Positions 39,271 to 53,284 of a stretch of DNA of 64,000 nucleotides are shown here, piece after piece. The notes below the pieces were generated by a model. That model saw only the letters and a program-made list of their open reading frames with translations, did no database searches and was not told the origin of the DNA. Origin of the DNA: Mobula hypostoma (taxonomy: Eukaryota); the NCBI RefSeq assembly GCF_963921235.1, contig NC_086108.1, positions 58,158,001 to 58,222,000 on the forward strand, written 5' to 3'. The translations under genes and the position numbers were made by a program. Numbering within the stretch: position 1 is the first letter of the stretch; every line of letters starts with the position of its first letter.

Positions 39271-40299
39271 TTTTTAGTTAACTACTATATAAAAAAACAC
39301 TTATCTGCTCTTACCTGCTACTCACTTCTGCCTCGTTGCCAATGCCTTTCAAGCCAACACTTCAGACTCCTACACTGGCCCACTAACACAATGGCTGTTC
39401 CAAACTGGACTCCGGGACCTTGGACTCTGCTCCTCCTTGCTGAAGCCTCCTGAGCCAAAACCTCATTTCCCACTCGAATTCTGTCCAGTCATGCAATGGC
39501 TATTCCTCATAACCCCAACTTATTTTTAATGGTCCTTGCCAATTGCCTAATAACCCAATGGAATTCAGACTCAGCAGCAAGCCCTGACAGGCCCTGGTTG
39601 CTTGTTAAATCTGATGCTACTCACAAGCAACAAGATACTTTTATAGTTGATTTGTAAATATTTATTGCCTTACACATTCATATTTGATTCTATCTAATGT
39701 ATCACAGTGATTTATTTAGGTTATTGTTTGTGTTCACATTACTTAAGTGGCTTGATGTCAACTTCCTTTCAATATCTGTCTTTTTCATCAGCTTCGTATG
39801 GGAATTAATCAATGCCATTAACTAATTTAATGTATACCAAGTCTGGTGGGGGGGGGGGGCTCAACTAATTTGTGTTTTAGCTCATATTGCAATTTTAATT
39901 CATGATTATAAGTTACTACATAAATACATGAATGCAATGAATGGCAAAGAAAATCATAGTATGTTTGACAATGGAAAATGCAATCACAATATTATACTTT
40001 GACTTTCTTGTGTTAGTTTTTGTTTAATCACACTTGTTATGTCATTTGGCACAGCAATAAATTTAAGTAGCTCTGTTGATTTTTGAATTGGTGAAGGAAA
40101 TGTCAATGATTGATGAATGATGTATCAAAATCTATGTAGTTGTATGTATTGCCTTTGACTTCATAGGAGTTTGAAAATATATAAACGCAATGTTTATTTG
40201 CATCTCTGGGATTGTACTAGCAGCTCTAAATTGCTCTTGCAAAACAAAGAGAACCCACCACCAGTCCATATAAATATTGAAGGTAAATTACTATACAAA

Positions 40300-40751
40300 G
40301 AGGGTTCAAAGGAGATTCATGAAAATTATTCCAGGCTGGTATGGCTTGTCGTATGAAGAGCAAAAGAATGAGGGGTAACTTAATTGAAACCTATTGAATT
40401 GTGAAAGGCCTTGATAGACTGCATGTGGAGAGGATGCTTCCTGTGGTAGGAGAGGCTAAGATCAGAGGACACAGCCTCAGAATAGAGAGGCATCCTTTTA
40501 GAACGGAGATAAGGAGGAATTTCTTTAGCCAGAGAGTAGTGAATCTGTGTGGAATTCTTTGCCACAGGCAAGTCTTTATGCATATTTAAGTTAGAGGTTG
40601 ATGAAATCTTGATTGGTCAGGGCATGAAGGGATATGGGGAAAAGGCAGGAGACTGGGGCTAAGAGGAAAATAGGATCAGATATGATGAAATGACGAAGCA
40701 GACTCGATGGGCCAAATTGCCCAATTCTGCTCCTATATCTTATGGTCTTAT
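40300..40751 (+). mobile_element. CR1 3' end
   Basis: RGHSLRIERHPFRTEIRRNFFSQRVVNL; tail tcttatggtctta. Confidence 0.85.
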
Positions 40752-41192
40752 TCATTCATGGGAAATTTTGCCTTTGTAAATTTTAAATCCTCCATAAAAC
40801 AAACTTTTACTTTATTTTGCAAATGTTAGAAAACTGCATTTATGGGTACCTTATTTCTTCATAACAATCCAATTTTTTAAAAAATCAAATTTTTAGAAAT
40901 GCTGTTGCAGGAGGCAGCAACATTCTGTTTTGTGTAACCACTTCACATATTAGGTAATTCCAAGGTCAAATACGGAGCACCCACAACTCTTAGGAATACC
41001 TCTACTGATCCATCTTTTTTGTTCTCTACTGTAGCAACACTGACTATTTTTTTTCTCACCTTTCAGTGAAATAGAACTACTAAGAATCTACAAAAAATGA
41101 AATAAAAGTAAAATAGGGAATTGTACATTGTATGCCACTTTTTTATCCTATATAATAAAGTCAATCCATAACTGTCTCTCTTGCTTCAACAG

Positions 41193-41267
41193 GGAATCTT
41201 TGTTACTAGAGTGCAACCTGATGGACCAGCATCCAACCTGTTACAGCCTGGAGACAAAATCCTGAAG
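41193..41267 (+). CDS. LRRC7: LRRC7 PDZ exon 2 ([25 protein letters not shown])
   Basis: ctctcttgcttcaacag acceptor, AAG/gtgaga donor, 75 nt phase 0. Confidence 0.97.
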
Positions 41268-41649
41268 GTGAGATGAGGATATTGGAAATTTTAATGGAAA
41301 TTATCAATTTAGTGAGGCATAAATAACTGACATAAAATTTCTGTGGACATGTATGTTCACACTATCTGCTGAAGATAGAGTCAATGACCAGATCCCAAAG
41401 AAAAGAAAATCTGTTAACCATGACATTACCTAAATTTTAATCCATATTTTTGTAACTGTGACTTGGATGTTTAAAACAATCAACTCAGCATAAATATTAG
41501 CTGAAAATTAAATACCACATAGTAGATCTGTAACATCAATGCATGGAAGGCCAGTGGACAGATAGTTTAATGGTTATAAATTGTTTACAAAATGGAAGGC
41601 CAAGTATGGGTTTAAAGGGCAGATATTTCAGCATGAAAGAAGGTAGAAT

Positions 41650-44046
41650 GTGGGATTCCATTTGCTTTGTGTGATCATTTTGGTAGTGGTATACATTCCA
41701 CCTCAGGCTTCAGATGGTCTGAGCAATGGGATTGACATGCACGAAACAGCGCACCCTAGCCCCTTCACCATCATTTTGGGGGATTTTAACCAGGCCAGTC
41801 TGAAAAAATCGCTAGATTATTTGCAATACTAAAGGAAACAACACACTGGACCACTGTTACACCACCATAAAGAATACCTACTGTGCTATTCCACGCCCTC
41901 ACTTCGGGAAGTCTGATCACCAAGCTGTACTTCTACTCCCTGAGTATAGGCAGAGACTGAAGACTGCAGCACTAGCAGTGAGGACAAAGAAGGTGTGGAC
42001 AAGGGAAGCACGGGATCGCCTACAGGACAGCTTTGAATCAGCGGACTGGACTGTATTCAGGGATTCATCTTCGAATCTGGATGAGTATCCTGCAGTTGTT
42101 ACCGACTTCATTAAAACCTGTGTGGATGACTGTGTGCCTAAAAAGACTTGCTGTACATTCACAAACCAAAAGCCTTGGACGAACCAGGAGGTACATTGTC
42201 TGCTGAAAGCTAGATCTACGGCATTCAAGGCTGGCGACCCAGGTCTGTACCAGGAAACCAGGTATGACTTGTGGAGAGCTTTTTCAAGGGCAAAGAGACA
42301 ATTTTGAACAAGGTTGGAGCTGACATCAGATGTACATCAACTCTGGCAGGGTCTGCAAGACATTACTTTCTACAAAGCGAAACCCAATAGCATGAGTGGC
42401 AGTAATGCTTCAGTACCAGATGAACCCAATGCCCTCTATGCCTGTTTTGAAAGGGAGAATATAACTACAGCAGTGATGATCCTTGTTACAGCTGGTGACC
42501 CTGTGATCTCTGTCTCGGAGACTGATGTTAGGCTGCCTTTAAAGAGAGTGAACCCTCGCAAGGCGGAAGGTCCCAATGGAGTACCTGGTAAGGCTCTGAA
42601 AATCTGTGTCAACCAACTGACGCGAGTATTCAAGGATATTTTCAACCTCTCACTGCTATGGCCATAAGTTCGCACTTGCTTCAAAAAGGCAACAATTATA
42701 CCAGTGCCTAAGAAGAATAATGTGAGCTGCCTTAATGATTATCACCCAGTAGCACTCATATCTACAGTGATGAAATGCTTTGAGAGATTGATCATAACTA
42801 GACTGAACTCCTGCCTCTGCAAGGACCTGGACCCACTACAATTTGCCTATGGCCACAATAGGTCAATGGCTCTTCACACAGTTTTAGACCACCTGGACAA
42901 CACAAACACCCATGTCATCGACTATAGCTCAGCATTTAATACCATCATTCCCACAATCCTGATTGAGAAGAAGTTACAGAACCTGGGCCTCTGTACTTCC
43001 CTCTGCGACTAGATCCTCAACTTCCTAACCAGAAGACCACAATCTATGCAGATTGGTGATAATATCTCCTCCTCATTGATGATCAACACTGGTGCACCTT
43101 GGGGATGTGTGCTTAACCCACTTCTCTACTCTTTCTATACTCATGGCTGTATGGCCAGGCATAGTTCAAACACTATCTATAAATTTGCTAATGATATAAG
43201 CATTGTTGGTAGAATCTCAGATGGAGACGAGAGGGCGTACAGGAGTGAGATATGCCAACTGGTGGAGTAGTGCTGCAGCAACAACCTGGCACTCAACGTC
43301 AGTAAGACAAGAGCTGATTGTGGACTTCAGGAAGGGTAAGATAAGGGAGCACATACCAATACTCATAGAGGGATCAGAAGTAGAGAGAGTGAGCAGTTTC
43401 GAGTTCCTGGGTGTCAAGATCTCTGAGTACCTAACCTGGTCCCAGCATATCGATGCAGCTATAAAGAAGGCAAGACAGCAACTATAGTTCATTAGGAATT
43501 TGAAGAGATTTGGTATGTCAACAAAAACATTCAAAACTTCTATAGGTGTACCGTGGAGAGCATTCTGACAAGATCGCATCACTATCTGGTATGGGGCGGA
43601 GGGGTGCTACTGCACAGGACCGAAAGAAGCTGCAGAGAGCTGTAAATTTAGTTGGCTCCATCTTGGGTACTAGCCTACAAAGTACCAGGACATCTTCAAG
43701 GAGCGGTGTCTCAGAAAGGACCATTATTAAGGACCTCCAGCACCAGGGCATGCCCCTTCCTCACTGTTACCATCAGGTAGGAGGTACAGAAGCCTGAAGG
43801 CACAGTTTCTTCCCTTCTGCCATCCAATTCCTAAATGGACATTGAATCCGTGAACAATACCTCACTTTCTAAATATATATTATTTCTGTTTTTGCACAAT
43901 TTTTAATCTATTCAATATAAGTATCCTGTAATTGATTTACTTAGTTAATATTTTTTTCTTCTTCTATGGCATGTATTGCATTGAGCTGCTGCTGCTAACA
44001 AATTTCACAACACATGCCAGTGATAATAAACCTAATTCTGATTCTG
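41650..44046 (+). mobile_element. Rex1/Babar-type LINE (endonuclease C-terminal part, RT, 3' UTR); same family as 16112-17534
   Basis: [36 protein letters not shown]; tail AATAAA-cctaattctgattctg. Confidence 0.92.
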
Positions 44047-45665
44047 TTTCTGCTTGATTAACATGGGGACATAATCTGCATTCATATAATTTGATTTGGG
44101 GATCATCTCAGCAGGATCTTCACATAATCTTCTGTGGAAATCCTTGACTGCAAGGCCCTGCAATTCTTATTGTCAAATAGAGTGGTCTTGGGGCAAGGCA
44201 AACACACCCCACCCCCACATAAAAAGGGAAAAATCCTTGCTTAATAAATAAACCCCAGCAGTAAACTTCTGACAATGACTTACAGTTTTACTAATTTATG
44301 TGCACGGACATGGGAATGTATAAATAGACAGTTCAATAACATGCAAACTTGCTGGTTAATAAAGAAATCTTTTTTCATAGATAAATGAAAGGTGACGCAA
44401 GTTGGTAAGAAAATTAGAAAAATCACCTGCAGCTTAGAAAATTGTAACAAAAATGAAAGGGGTATTATGGGAAAAGGAACAGAGGATGCAAGTTAAGGAA
44501 CTATTAATTACGACAACCATGGCAATTTTAAATCCTAAAAAAAGATGACATCTGTGCACTTTGATAATTAATTTGTATTGCACTTTTAAGTCTCTCCAGT
44601 GGCTGCAATATCACAGTTCCATGTGTTGATTCATGGCATGAGCTCATCTGCCTTCCTTGCAATATTTTTTGCATAAAATTTGGAAGTTATATTAAACATC
44701 AGGTACAAATTTTAATGATGGTACTATACAAAGGACATAAATATACCTAAGAATATTCAAAAAAAGCATGGTAACAGAGCTGAGATATGGTAGCATAGTG
44801 GTTAAATTAATGGATCAGACTAACAAATAAGAGGCATGACTCCTTGGGGAACTTTAATTCAATTAATTGAAATAAATCTGCCATACAAGCCGAGTATCAA
44901 TAATCAGTGACAAAGAAATTAATGTATTTTTGTAAGAATTCATCTTGTTTACTCACGTCCCATTAAAGCCAAGAATCTAATCAATTTGACCCATTTGTGA
45001 CTTTGAACCCACCAATATGGCTGATTCTTAATTGCCCTCTGAAATGGCTTTGCAGTTACATTGGAGGATGTGAGCAAACAGCAATAAATGTTGTTTTAGC
45101 CACATCCTGCAATTAGAAAATAAACACAGGGATTACAAATGTAAGCAAGGATTGAAGTGGCTTTTCCTTGCAATTGAAACGATTAAAAAGTGGTTTTACA
45201 GAGGAACAAAATGTTTTCACCTGTAATAGTATCTAAAATCACTTGCCATAAATAAAGGACAAAATGAGAAGTTTCCTTAATTAGAATGTGAAATTCACTA
45301 CCACAGAAAATAGTCAAGAACAGTTTATTAGATTTGAAATAAATTTCAAAGCAAACTAGAGAAGTAGCTGCAAACAAAAGGAATACCAAAAGATGATAGT
45401 ATTTGGATGTGCCTACTTTACAAAGTTAATCTAATAGAGAAGGGTTTTCTCTAAATCTAAATCTTTTAGAGTCCCCAGCATTGTTAGAATTAACAGTCAT
45501 GCACCAATAAACTGCTAAATATGGGTTCCAGCAGGACCACAGAGACCTGAATTCCAGATATTATGAGGGAAGTTGCTTAAGGTACAAAATACTACAATTT
45601 TACAAAGACAGATTATTGCTTTTTCAGTAACTGTTTGTGCATAAATGTATTTTCTTTCGTTGCAG

Positions 45666-45773
45666 GCCAATGGTCATAATTTTATACATATGGAACATGA
45701 AAAGGCAGTCTCGCTTCTTAAGAGTTTCCAGAATACAGTGGATCTGATAATCCAACGTGAGGTTACAACTTAG
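45666..45773 (+). CDS. LRRC7: LRRC7 terminal coding exon ([35 protein letters not shown])
   Basis: tttctttcgttgcag acceptor; completes the PDZ domain; TAG at 45771-45773. Confidence 0.97.
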   Translation, partial: ANGHNFIHMEHEKAVSLLKSFQNTVDLIIQREVTT

Positions 45774-46803
45774 AATTTAAATGACTTTTCTGTAGAAAAA
45801 TGTTTAACCTTTAAGATTAAAATCCTTTACTGCAGCTTCCTGTGTGAGGAAAGCCAGGCAATTTTTTCCGATTTTCTTTTGCCAATTGCTGGACCAATGG
45901 CAACACTTGTGCCAAACTTACTACTAAGGTACTTATCAACCAGTATTATAATCTTTAATATTTTATCTTCACAAATGTATCATTTATGAAATTGATGTTA
46001 ATGTGGTGATTTTTCAGCCTGTCATCTAGAGGCTGTGAAATGGCAGGTCATTTGGTGCAAATGTTTATATATATTTATTACATATATCATTCATTTTCTG
46101 AGTGGATTTTTTTTGTTAAGTATCTGAGCACCAAAAGCACATATGCTCTTGAGGAATTGCACCACCATTAAATACTGCCTCAAACTTGTACATGTCCATT
46201 TTTGTAAAAAGAAAAAATGCATCAACAAATGCAAATGAACTAAGAAATTTAAAGCTATTTTCTTATCAATAATTGAAAGATAATTTGGACTTGGAGGGTT
46301 CAGCAAATGATGTTATCTGTCATAGAAACCAATCCAAAAATAACCATAAAGTTGGAAATGCTTTTATACACATTTAAAAAAATTGGGGTAAAAGATTTTT
46401 TTCAACTGCCTCTCTCCGAAAAATTCTGAATATGTAAGTTATTGGAGCAGAAAGAAAACAAGTTTATTTTTAAATTTAGAGTACCACCCCAATGTTTATT
46501 TCAAATACACCATTGATAAAATGTTACTAAAATTCAAAGCACGTCAGCATAATATTCATAAGCAAATTACCCATTAGATATTTGTTCCTTTTAACATTTA
46601 ATAGAAATAATTGAATTTAATCTACATATGTACTACATTAACCAATGTGCATTCGTTCACATGCTGACACTCATTTCATTTCCCTATTGTCATATGCACA
46701 GCCTTGTACCAGAATCAAAAAGGTACTCTGAAGTGTGTTACTTTCGAAATGCAACATAAGCTAAAGGCAGCCACTGCTCTTTGAAAAATGTGTTCAATTT
46801 GGG

Positions 46804-47326
46804 AATAAATATCTGCAAAAGCTCAGGTTGTCTCATTTCACCAGTCGTTTGTGGTTGAATTTAACAAACCACATATATAAATGATGTTGTCCATATATTG
46901 AATTAATTAATATAATTCTTGGCTCTCTAGACAAGAGCACTTAATGATACAGATGATATTTTTATATAGATCAGGGATATTGGCATTAGGTTGATATGCA
47001 AGTTTCATTTTACAATAAATATTACAGTCACTCTCTTTTATTTGTCTTTTAAAATTTACTTTGCTTTTCTGCTTCATCGAATATTCCTTTTCTGGTGAGG
47101 GAATCCATTAATCAGAATTCCATTTCTCATTCTACAGAAAGAAATTTCTTTTGCTATTTAAAAACTTATAGAAACGACATTTGACACAATAGATTTCCTT
47201 ATTTCCATGGAATTATTTGGTTACAGAAATAATGTTCTGAATGTTGAAACTTGTAAAAGTTGGTGCTCAAAACAATTAACTATCGATAATCTATACACTT
47301 TGCAGAACAGTTTAATACATAATAAA
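46804..47326 (+). promoter_or_regulatory. Candidate proximal LRRC7 poly(A) signals (AATAAA at 46804, 47014, 47321)
   Basis: Hexamers only, in AT-rich sequence; usage unknown. Confidence 0.3.
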
Positions 47327-47639
47327 AACTCTAATCGGAGTTTTTGAGATGTCAGTTTATATCGTCATATCTGAGATTTAATTAAAATATGCAACTTCGT
47401 TAAAGAGAGAAATGTAACTATTTTTTAAAATGACATTTCTTGTTTAATGCGGCGGTAGTGAAAGGACACTCATGGCAGTTCAGTTGCACTTTATCTATTG
47501 TGTTTTAAATAGTTTAAACAAATATGCAGTGGATTGTAAGATGAATTAATTTTGCAACAGCACCCATCAACTTATGTAACTGCTTTTGTAAATTTTTAAC
47601 CTTTGAGTTATCGAAGTACTAAAATCACAACTATTCTTT

Positions 47640-48382
47640 CCTCGCCACTAATCTCCCTCTTGGCACCTATCCCTGGAAGCGGAAGAAGTGCTACAACTGC
47701 CCGTTCACCTCCTCCCTCACCTCCATTCAAGGCCCAAAACAGTCCTTTCAGGTGAGGCAACAATTCACTTGCCAATCTACTTTATCTGGTGTTCTTGATG
47801 TGGCCTCCTCTGCATTGGTGAGACCTGACATAGACTGTGAGACCATTTTGCCGAGCGCCTTCGTGAAAAGCTGGACTTCCTGCTAGCCATTTTACTTCCA
47901 ATTGCCATTCCCATTCTGACATTTTGGTTCATGTCCCCTTCTACTGTCACAATCAGGTTGGAGGAGCAACACCTCATATTGTGTGGGTAGCCTGGCATGA
48001 ACATAAATTTCTGTAACTTCCAGTAATTTTTCCCCCTCTGCTTTCCCTCCCCACTTACCTCTTCTCCTCACCTGTCTATCACTTCCCCCAGTACCTCTCC
48101 ACCTTCCCCTTTTCCCAGGTCCACTCTCCTCTGCTATGTGATTCCTTCTTTTCTAGGCCTTTACCTTTTCCACCTATCACCTCCCAGCTTCTTACTTCAT
48201 TCCCCCTCCCCCCTCACCTGCCAGTTTGTATACCTTCTGTTCCCCCCACCTTCCATTTCTGGTGTCTTCCCCCCTTCCTCTCCAGTCCTGATGAAGGGCC
48301 TCAAACTGAAACGTTGACTGTTTATTCATTTCCATAGATGCTGCCTGACCTGCTAAATTCCTCCAGCATTTTGTGATTTGCA
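47640..48382 (+). mobile_element. PLE family A 3' end (GIY-YIG remnant, pyrimidine tract, hammerhead-bearing terminus)
   Basis: C..CPFT and GLLCIGET remnants at ~47690-47825; terminus tagatgctgcctgacctgctaaattcctccagcattttgtg. Confidence 0.85.
48283..48320 (+). ncRNA. Minimal type I hammerhead ribozyme motif (stem II degenerate)
   Basis: cagtc CTGATGA agggcctcaaact GAAAC GTT gactg; perfect 5-bp stem I. Confidence 0.6.
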
Positions 48383-48959
48383 CTAATGGACCAATTTTTT
48401 TTAACTGCAATAATCTAGAACTACTTTATTAAAAGAACATGATTTCACTCAAATATTTATATTTATGCATGGCTTTCTCACACAGGCCCTCATTTTCTTT
48501 GGAAGGTCATGTTAACTATTTACTAAATCTAATATGAACGCAATGTTTTAAACCGTAAATGTGAATTTCCTTCTTCATTCTAGTTTGCATTCTTCATTTC
48601 GGCAAGTAGTTATTTTATTAATGTGCCAAAGCACTTGTAGCCTGAGTGCCTGGACAAATAGGAGAAAAACTGGGGGTTGGGTTAAAATTATTTGTCCAAG
48701 AATAAAATGCAGTAGTTCTTCTTCACAACATTGCTTGGTGTGCAATATTGCCTTCTGTAGATGAAGCTTCAAAATTCACTATGGTGAAGGGAATTATCTG
48801 CATTGTATCATCTTAGTCAATGGATCTGGGAAAATCTAGGGCACCCAAGACTATTCAGGCCATCAAGTGCCAAGTCAAAAAAAAACTTTCCAGCAATTAT
48901 TGTGTTGCCATGCAGGTAATGGCTATACAAGTACATATTTGTATACTGCTAAAATTTGT

Positions 48960-49848
48960 TGAAAATTTGCCAACGATACGAAGATAGGTGGAGGGGCAGG
49001 TAGTGTTGATAAACTGAGTCTGCAGAACTTAGGACAGATTTTGAGAATTGGCAAAGAAATGGCAGATGGAACATAGTGTAGGGAAGTGTTTGGTCATCCA
49101 CTTTGGTAGAAGTAATAAAGGCGTAACTATTTTCTAAATGAGGAGAAAAGTCAGAAATTGGAGGTGTACAGAATTTGAAGTCCTTGTGCAGGATTCCCTA
49201 AACTTACAGGTTGAGTTGGTGCTAAGGAAGGCAAATGCAATGTTAGCATTCATTTTGAGAGGACTAGAATATAAGAGCAAGGATGCAATTCTAACCCTTT
49301 ATAAGGAATTGGTGAGGCCTCAGTTGGAGCATTGTGAGCAGTTTTGGGCCCCTTATCTAAGGAAAGATGTGCTGGCATTATAGAGGTTCACAAGAATGAT
49401 TTCAGGAATGAAAGGTTTAACATATGGAGTGTTTGATGGCTCTGGTCCTGTACTTGCTGGAGGTTAGCAGAATGAGACGGGGATCTCATTGAAACCTATC
49501 GAATATTGAAAGGCCTAGACAGCATGGGTGTTTCCTATAGTGGGCGAGTCTAGGAACGGAGGGCACAACCTCAGAATCGACGAATGACCACTTAGAACAG
49601 AAAGGAAGAGGAATTTCTGTAGCCAGAGGATGATGTACCTGTGGAATTCATTGCCATGGATAACTATAGAGTCCATGTCATTGAGTATATTTAAAGCGGA
49701 GATTGATAGGTTCTTGATTTGTCATGGCATCAAAGGTTACAAGAAGGTGGCAGGAGAATAAGGTTAAGAGGGATAATAAATCAGACATGATGGAATGGCA
49801 GAGCAGACTCAATGGGCTGAATGGCTTAATTCTGCTCTTATGCGTTAT
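48960..49848 (+). mobile_element. CR1 3' portion
   Basis: KANAMLAFILRGLEYKSKD..RPQLEHCEQFWAPYLRKD. Confidence 0.88.
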
Positions 49849-49869
49849 TTTTAGCTATAGGTAATAACA

Positions 49870-50365
49870 TATTACATTGTCATCCATGCAGCTGAGTTGC
49901 ACCTGTCTCCACCATCTGTGTAAAAACATTTAACGACTTGTCTCCTCTACAAATTACATTAAATCTCTGTTCCTTGGTGTTTGACTTTCCTGCTAAGTGA
50001 ATACATTCTCCCCATTTCTGCCTCTCGTTTTGTATCAGCTCATCCAATCTTTTTTCATTAACAACAATTACCCAGTCCTGGAGATGTCTAGTAAATCCCT
50101 TCTGCAGCTGTGCCTGTGCAATCACTCCTTTCTTGTTATTTTGCATGCAATTCAAGCATTACATCCAATTCATATTTTTAGCCATAGGTAATACCATATT
50201 ACATTGCTTAATTACTGTTAATTACTTAATTGACCTGTCTGTTAAGAACCATGCACATCCAGAGCATTTTATTTATTTTCTCATCTTGTTGCAGCTCCTC
50301 AAAAATATTACCATGCTTTAATTAAATTCCATTTGTCATTTTTCTGCCAACTAACCAGTCCATTT
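49870..50365 (-). mobile_element. Highly decayed CR1 3' fragment
   Basis: Weak resemblance to the CR1 ORF2 C-terminus (FTQMVE, QKGFTR). Confidence 0.45.
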
Positions 50366-53110
50366 ATATCTCAAAGTACTGATGTCACTGTATACTACCT
50401 TGAGATTCATTTCTGCAACTTAAAGCTTTACTCTTTACTGTCAACTCCAATTTGCATTTACTAATTAAATCCAATATCTTTAACATGTTATTTTACTGTT
50501 TTCTAATCTTTTTCACCTCCACTAAAGATGTGGGGTTGGGGATTCACCACCTCCAACTAAAAGGCAAAATTGATTAATTCAATCAACATCTCTTTTGGAT
50601 TTTCAACATGTGCTGTTACAGCAGTATAATTCAAACAATTTTTTTTTGTTCAGGCTCTGATGGACTAATCATATCTTTTGCTATTCTACATACCCCTGTT
50701 GGTTCTATTAAGAGTTTTTTCTACTTAATTAATATTAGTTTTTAATCACCTTTCAGTTAAAGTCACACTTCCAATTTTTCTTTGAGACTATTTTGAAGAA
50801 TGTTGCCAATAACAGCCGGGTGTGCTTTCCCTATAGAGAGTTCCAAATTTAATTCATTGAAAAATAAAAGAGGAAAGTTTAAATCAAATATTTGTCCAAG
50901 TATTTTCTCCACAGGGTCCTTGCTATTTGAAACCAGAGAAAACCTCCTGCAATACAACATTCTTGTTGAAAAGGAAAGGAATCCAAGTTTAGTGAACATT
51001 TTGTAGCTGGATAGTGCATGGATGAGTTTCCATAATGCAAAGATAGAAGGGAAACTATCCTCAGGCCTCCCTGGTTTAGATATTACAGAACAGATTGCAT
51101 TGTAAAAATGAACCCTTACACAAGTGCAGCTTTGTTGATGTAAAAGAAAACAGTCACTTTTCTATGTCATAATTCATAAATGAGAAAGTTATAGTAAAAT
51201 TTAGTCTAACTGCAGTATTTTGTAAATAACTGTCAACAATGGCATTTAAATAATTTATCATTTAGATTGTGAATGTAAACATCTGCTTCTGCAGTCAAAA
51301 ATATTTTACTTGACTTGAAAGCTGCTTTATGTGCAACAAAAGACAAAAAAAACTTTACAGGATTTTACAGTTTTTAATTTCACAGACTGTAGTGAAGTTG
51401 ACAAAAACTTGTTTGTTTAAATGCACATGCAAGTCTAATCCTTCCAATTTTATTTAGGACTTTACAATTCTACTGGTACAGTGTATATCTGTGTTCAAAA
51501 TACATTTTGCATATTCTGTATGTACATACTTGGAGAAATTTTACCTGATATTAAAAGTAATTAAGCTACTCATTTACAATTTGGGTGCAAAGTATAGCAG
51601 AGCTATTTTTGGGCTTTGAAATTCTGGGATTTTTTTCTGTATTAAAAAAAGTGAATAATGTATGAAGTCTCTTTAATGAAAGGATGTTAATTTAAATTGT
51701 CACACATTTGTAAATAATCTCTTTGCTGAATGGATTTATCTTCTTGTCAATGCTGTATTGCATAAGTTTCATTATCAAATTTCATAGTCTGTTTTTTTAA
51801 AATCCCAATTTTTAGGTTGAATTAATGAATTCTTAATGTATTAATGCTATTGTCAAAATATAAAACTGTGCTAATGATTTGCATTTCTGGAGCAGGTAAT
51901 CGTGATTTTGTTCACTGTCAAACACAGTCTATAGCTTTCATAAGAACAAAATTCTATTTCAGACTTGGGTAAGGCTGGGGAGTCGATGGGATATTGATCC
52001 AAATAAACCAAACAACCGATGACTTTGAGATGCTTTCTCCTGTAGTTATCAATAAATGCGCCCCCACCCCACTGATGTGGTTTTAAGCAATGTTGAGCAT
52101 GAACAGTCCGTGCTTGATCCTAACATTTTGTCTGGGCTTATTAACCTCAAACTGACAAGTACTAGAATACTACACATATTAAACAGCGTATCCTCTGTAG
52201 ATTTTTTTCTACAGATCAGTTCATTTTGATTTAAATGAATCAGTACCACATTTACACAATAGCAGTATAAGTCAATATTTAATATTATTTGATGTCCCAA
52301 AATAATGGATATAATTGGGTTTTCTCTAGTTAAATAATTGAAAGCATAAACAATCCCAAAATTGCACTGAAGACTCATTAACATAGTTTATATATAACTT
52401 AAGAACAAATTGTATTTTGAATAACTTGATTGCACTGAATTAAACTTCAAAACCCACACGGAAAATTGCAGTTGTGCAAAACGTTATCCCAACTCAAAAG
52501 ACAACATTGTAAGTCTATATTAATTTCTATTTCACCATATTAAATGGATTGGAATTTATCTTCAAGATGATGAGTCAAGCAACAGGTATAGTTTCGTTCT
52601 GCTAAAATGTTTGAGCAAATTTGGCAGTTCACAAAATATGTTTGGCCAATTATCATCTTGGATATTTTTTCCATAAATATATTTTAGACGTGAATAACAT
52701 ATGAAATGGACTTACTGCTTTGTGGAGTAAGAAAGAGGGTGTAGAAAGGGCAAGAGAATGGTGGAAAGGCAGCATGGAAGGAAGATAAAACAGAAGGGTC
52801 AATGCGGGCTGAGCATATCATGAGTGATTGGAAGGTTATCTCTAAATAGCTAAAGCTGTCTTACAGCGTTCTCCTTTTATAGAAAAAGATTTTAAAAAAT
52901 CTCAGCCAAGTAAGCTTCAATACATTTCAAAGAATTCCCATGTAGTACAATATGAACATAAACTGAAATAATTAAAGAAACAAGAACCCTCTGAAACACA
53001 TAGAATATAACAAAATCTATTCAAATAAATCACAGAAAATAAAGCCAACTTTATCAACAGAACCCATGATCAAACACCTTGAGAAAAATCTCATTCTCTA
53101 AGACACAGAT

Positions 53111-53284
<174 letters not shown>

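Larger units (their letters stand above)
29553..39620 (-). mobile_element. Old, probably near full-length CR1 split by a BEL/Pao element (31353-36934) and another CR1 (38283-39270)
   Basis: RT pieces 30336-30545 (GIPQGLVLGPLLF) and 30719-30961; sequence resumes at 36935 with endonuclease remnants; 5' extent tentative. Confidence 0.75.
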
